Notes under the pieces: generated by a model
Seen by the model: the letters and a program-made list of their open reading frames with translations, nothing else
Databases searched by the model: none
What the model was told of the DNA's origin: nothing
Assembly: GCA_977020255.1 (NCBI GenBank)
Contig: CDROCS010000206.1
Coordinates: 1-64,000, forward strand
Direction: 5' to 3'
Origin: Obrimoposthia wandeli
Taxonomy: Eukaryota
DNA length: 64,000 nt
Translations under genes and position numbers: made by a program
In this document: positions 58,951 through 64,000 of the stretch, in pieces
Position numbering within the stretch: the first letter of the stretch is position 1
Layout of the letters: each line of letters starts with the position of its first letter

Positions 58951-61427
58951 CACTCCTTTATGAAAAATATGTTCCCCTAACCCTCAACCCAAATAAATAA
59001 TTAACATACCTAAAAATATATCCATAATTCTTCTATAGCAGAGCTACCTGAAGTGGGCATATCACTTCTCTTGCTCGTAGATGCTAAACTAAATCTTCTA
59101 TAAATAGTTTGCAGGCTACCTTTTGAATATCTGAACAATTATATATATATATATTTCTGTACCTACCTCGTCTGCCTTCCATTCATCTTCGCAGATAATT
59201 TCTTCTGTATTTCATCATAGTGAACAATTTGAGGCTAAAGATATATATTACAAAATTATCAATAAAAAATATACCTTTTTAGAATATTCCTTTTTCCATA
59301 AATATATTTTAATAAAAGCGGCATAGAATATGTTGATGCTATTAAATTAAAACAATTCTTTATGCAATTTAGACCATGAAAATATTTAAAATTACTAAAG
59401 AAATGATAAATATTTTTTGGAATTACTTATTAATTTTCATTCAAGTTTTACTTAAGTTTAATTAATATGTAAATATCTATGTATGTAAACTAATAATTAA
59501 TATAGGTTCTCCAGTAAATAAGGAGTACATAGGGAGAATTTACGTGGTATTGGGTAGTTAATAATTAATGATTATTGGTGTACACAGTCTATTTTGTTAT
59601 TCATTTAGGGAAAATTTACATGGTCTTAGGAAATAAATGTTCAAAGTATAATGATATTAATTTTAATAATATTTTCATGGTCTAAGGAAATAAATGTTCT
59701 AAATTTGATATTTTGATGTATACAGTATAATTTGTTATTCATTTATGGTAAATTTACATGGTCTCTGAATTTCAATGTTCAATAATTTACTAATTTGGTG
59801 TACACAGAGTAATTTGATGGTCATTTACGTGGTCTAAGGAAATAAATGTTCAATAACTTGCTATTATTGGTGTACGCAGACTATTTTTATATTAATTTGG
59901 TGTACATAGAGTATTATGAGATTAATTTGGTATATATTTACATGGTCTTTGGGTTCAATGTTGGACCATTCTATAATATTTGTGTACTCAGAGTATTAAT
60001 TTGGGAAATATTACACGGTCTTAGGAAAATTATCGATAGTGTACGCCGATAATTTACGTGGTCTTTAGATAATTAATGTCGCATAAGAAGAGAATATTGA
60101 TGTACGTACACTATTATGGAAATTTTCTATGGTTTTAGGAAATTATTGAAATTATGGATATTTACTGAATGTTTAGGAAATTATTGATATTATGGATATT
60201 TTCTATGGTTTTAGGAAATTATTGATGTACGCAGACTATTATGATATAATTTAGGGATATTTACTGAATGTTTAGGAAATTTTTGGTGTATACTAACTAT
60301 TATGAGAATAATATTAATTAAGTTACGGTGTCTTTCAGATAGTTAATATTGGTGTACAGACTATCATGAAATTAAGTTTCAATATTTTTCAAACAGTTAA
60401 TAACAATTAATTTACGATGTCTTTCAGATAGTTAGCAATATTAGTGTGGAGACTTTAATGAAATTATTTTACAATGTCTTTCAGATAGTTAATAATTTGG
60501 AAATATTGGTGTACAGACTATCATATTGACTTATATCCAGTTGACTTTGAACGAATATAGTTTAAATAATATCAATTAAGCAAAGTGGAACGGTATTCTA
60601 TGCATTCACAGTACAGTGAGAATTCTGTTACCGTTTCTAAAGCTAGTCTTAGAGCCAGAGGCCGAAGGTAAAATAGAGCTAGTCAGAACCTGATGGTGAA
60701 GCCATATAATAATAATAGGGAACACTCACATCAATATCTTAACTCGAAGCTTCATAAAATATAAGGCAGAATAATAAATAATTAGAGAATATCAATGTAC
60801 GCTGAATAATTTAGGTGATTAATATTGAATAATTAAGGAATATTGGTGTACAGACAAAGTTATGCTGTCTTTCAGACATATTTAATAATTCAGGAATACG
60901 TTGGTGTACGTAGACTAATATGATATTCATAGAGGTTCTCAGGTAATTTACGGATATCGATGTACGTTGACTAATAAGTATAGTAATTTTGATTCAATTA
61001 GGGGAAATATCATTTATAGAGCAACTTTATGGGATATTTTATAAAAACTGATAGGTCGAATTCCCAGATTTGACCGTGAAAACTCATCTCTTAATACTTT
61101 TTGGATATCGATGTTTTATTAGTATTTTAGGGTGACGGGGGAATATATGTTAGTGTTAATGGGAAATATAAGAAACCTTATCATCATCCTATTGAGACAA
61201 AGTATAATGGTTTCAATCGTCGAGTTGCTCTGTCGAGTTGCTCGAAAGCAATTGAAGAAGCAGAGTTTGATATTTTTCGTCATTGTTCATATTTCCCCGA
61301 ACCTGTTTGAATATTCACTTGAATATACCCTCATCTGATTGGTCAATCACTTTAAATCCCTAAATTAATAAAGACCATCTATCCCTGAAGCATTAAAAAT
61401 ATGTGGTAGAATAGAAATTTTATTATT

Positions 61428-61955
61428 TTACGACATAATAGTTCCTTCTGTAAATTTCCAAATTGGTTTTAAACATCCATCTCGTTTTATCTTGTATCCT
61501 TGAATTGAAATTGAGATATAGCATTTTTCTTGGTTAGCTTGATAGTATTCAGTAAAAATCCTTTCATCTGCTCGCATCATCATTGAATTAGTATGGATCT
61601 TATACTCAGTACCTGATTCATGTAAGATATGATTGAGTTGTTCAATATCTTGTTCACTAATATCATTGATTATATAATCGAATTTTGACTTTGATAACTT
61701 GACAGAATCGGATAATAGATATATTACAGGACTCTTGAGAAAATTCATCTCCCATCCCAAATATTGATAACTTGGTTGATATTCGGGTTTCTCTAGTTCC
61801 TTCAATACAATTTCTGGTTTCAAGTTAATATTCGATACATCGGGAAATAGTTGTTTGCTAATATTCTTCTTGTTTCTTGCTAATGTTGGAGCAGCTTTTT
61901 CAGGGATGTTCTTGGAGATTTTAATATTTGTCATCGTTGATATATGACTAAACAT
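61428..61955 (-). CDS. Gene X homologue (175 aa) in the nested element
   Basis: Intact ORF; MNFLKSPV..VKLSKSKFDYII and ISIQGYKIKRDGCLKPIWKFTEG match Polinton-2 gene X more closely than Polinton-1 gene X. Confidence 0.85.
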   Translation of the reverse strand: MFSHISTMTNIKISKNIPEKAAPTLARNKKNISKQLFPDVSNINLKPEIVLKELEKPEYQPSYQYLGWEMNFLKSPVIYLLSDSVKLSKSKFDYIINDISEQDIEQLNHILHESGTEYKIHTNSMMMRADERIFTEYYQANQEKCYISISIQGYKIKRDGCLKPIWKFTEGTIMS

Positions 61956-62859
61956 CTTTAGTTTATATCAAACCTAGTATCTGATTGGTTATCTCACTAC
62001 ATTTATGGGTCCTGGATGAGCTCTGGTGTCAGAGACTAGTGTCGGAGAAGAGATTGATTCCAGTGAAGAGGATTCTGTTGAATAAGAAATATCTTCCCCC
62101 AAACCCTAATTATCTCTAACATATTTCCATACTATGTTCCCCCAAACCCTAATTCAATCATCAAATGTATTCATATTTGTTAAAATTATTCATATAATCG
62201 TGGAAATTATTCATATAATCGTCAAAATGATTCATATTTGTCAAAATACTAATATAATTTATTACCCATGTTAACCCAACCTTAATTTCTCCATATAATC
62301 ATGAAAAGTATGAATATTGTATAGCTGAAATGACCGTGGAATGACCCACTTTCAATAACTTATTTATTGATCCGTATATTGAAAAGAATAATAGATTTCA
62401 TGTTAGTCAAAGTTGATCACTCCTTTATTACAAATGACTCTAAGTTATTTCCATAATATACTCACCTCTTTCCCCTAATCTCAATAATTTAGTACCGTAA
62501 CCCGATTTTTTCTCTATAATATGTTTCCCTAACCCTAATCCTAATCCTCAATTTCCTCTATCATATTAACCCTAACTCAGAAAATATATGTTTTTAAAAG
62601 CATTCAATCATATCACTTCTATAGAATTCAATGATGTCAGTATACGGAAACCTGTCCGAGAACACATTGATAGAATAATCAACAAAGACAGGAAGCCTAA
62701 AGTCCATCAAAAAGAGAATCTTCGGCGTATAGACACCAGTTCCGGACTCGAGATTCATAGACTCATAGGTCCAATCCAAATTCAGTCTTGGAGCTTGTTA
62801 TTGAGTCAAAATAACTTCATCGAAGAAAGAACAATCTGAAGATCAGCAAGTCACTGCGG

Positions 62860-63110
62860 GGAATTAATATGGATTAACATATTTTGATTTTCAATCGAAT
62901 GATTGAATTCTGAAATTAATATGGATTAACATATTTGAATTTTAATCGAGTGATTGAGTCCTGTAATTAATAAAGAATAACATATTTTGATTAATATTGA
63001 GTGATTGAGTTCTAGAATTAATATGGATTAACATATTTTGACTAAAGTTGAGTTATTGAGTTCTGGATTTAATAAAGATTAACACATTTTGATTAATATC
63101 AAGTGATTGA
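62860..63110. repeat. ~50-bp subterminal tandem array in the nested element
   Basis: attaatatggattaacatattttga...gtgattgagttct repeated about 5 times. Confidence 0.85.
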
Positions 63111-63409
63111 GTTCTAGTGTTATAGTATGTTTTGAAATTTGCGGGCATAAAAATTGATGTGTTTAAACAAAAACATCTAATTTTAGAGTAAAATCCGCCT
63201 AAAACAGAAGTATTATAGTATAAAGTGACATAAATATAAATTTAACCCTCAAAAATCATGTGTACTATAACAAAATTTGACCTACTTTTCACATTGACCT
63301 TAGAAAAATTAAATATTATAATATGTATTTAAAATTTCCGCCCAAAAAAAAAAAAAATCTCGGTTTTCGCTAGGGGGGGGGTGGCCGGAACTGGACACAT
63401 CTATCTACT

Positions 63410-64000
63410 AACCATGTATTCAAACTTTGACATTTAAAACTTGATTTGGTCTATATCCCGACCCCTTCATATATGACCGACCATACTTTATGACTGAATT
63501 CACATTCTAAAGATGATTCCAACCATGTACTAAAACCTTGATATTTTAAACTTGACTTTGTTTTTAGCCCGACCCTTTCACCTTAGGACGACCACAACCC
63601 TTTAGATGTGATGGCCAACCATAGTTGACCTTAATTATACCTTCAAAGTTTCAAGTCAAAACTGACCTTGACCCTTTGAATTATGGACGTCCATGACCCT
63701 TTAGATGTGTTGGTCAACCATAGTTGACCTTAATTATACCTTCAAAGTTTCAAGTCAAAACTGAGTCCGACCCTTTGACCTATGGACGACCACAACCCTT
63801 TAGATGTGATGGCCAACCATAGTTGACCTTAATTATACCTTCAAAGTTTCAAGTCAAAACTGAGTCCGACCCTTTGATTTATGGACGACCACAACCCCTT
63901 GGGTATGTTGGCCGACCATAGGCGGTCATGACCATACCTTCAAACCTTCATAACCTTTCTGAGCCAGACCCTTATGGTGTGGCAAGACACCCCTATGGTG
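63410..64000. repeat. Right TIR of Polinton-1, outer part (runs off the window)
   Basis: Reverse complement of ~45147-45638, with more ~99-bp units than the left TIR. Confidence 0.95.

Larger units (their letters stand above)
57546..63409. mobile_element. Non-autonomous Polinton-type element (5864 bp) nested in the Polinton-1 right TIR
   Basis: Ends AGTAGTGGGATGTG... and ...CACATCTATCTACT; TSD AACCAT at 57540-57545 and 63410-63415. The uninterrupted site (ATGGTT, 45633-45638) is visible in the left TIR. Confidence 0.93.
45038..64000. mobile_element. Polinton-1: near-complete Polinton/Maverick (adintovirus-like); the right end is predicted ~110 bp past the window
   Basis: Starts AGTAGGTAG after ATCCCA (predicted TSD). 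Full core gene set. The window end (63990-64000) is the reverse complement of 45147-45157. About 13.2 kb once the nested element is removed. Confidence 0.97.

Noticed and set aside
62594-62839. Overlapping opposite-strand ORFs in the nested element
   Set aside because: Short, no recognisable motif, strand unresolved; left unannotated pending comparison with other copies.

Overview
AT-rich animal genomic DNA with spliceosomal genes; the species cannot be named from the sequence. Two host genes are present: a multi-exon MSH6 on the minus strand (1-11672, continuing off the left edge, with frameshifts in most exons) and a class A GPCR on the plus strand (exons 26220-26512, 40092-40283, 42709-42811, rest outside the window). 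The GPCR introns hold a cluster of Polinton/Maverick (adintovirus-like) elements. (i) Polinton-1 (45038 to >64000) is near-intact: pPolB, a TBP-like gene, an unknown gene X, packaging ATPase, a spliced zinc-finger micro-gene, integrase, minor and major capsid, protease and a DEDD-like ORF, with ~930-bp TIRs. (ii) Polinton-2 (26970-33222) is internally deleted, with ~600-bp TIRs and a perfect 6-bp TSD. (iii) Polinton-3 (~33950-38640) is decayed. (iv) A 5.86-kb element (57546-63409) with AG...CT ends and a 6-bp TSD but no integrase, polymerase or long TIR is inserted inside the right TIR of Polinton-1 and carries a gene X homologue. Between MSH6 and the GPCR lies an unclassified multi-ORF segment with two inverted type I hammerhead ribozyme modules and two RING-H2 ORFs, interrupted by a Gypsy remnant. 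Several hAT, pogo and Gypsy fossils are scattered through the window. Indel-rich tandem duplications suggest that part of the left 25 kb may be poorly polished assembly. All protein calls come from motif recognition by eye; no searches were run.
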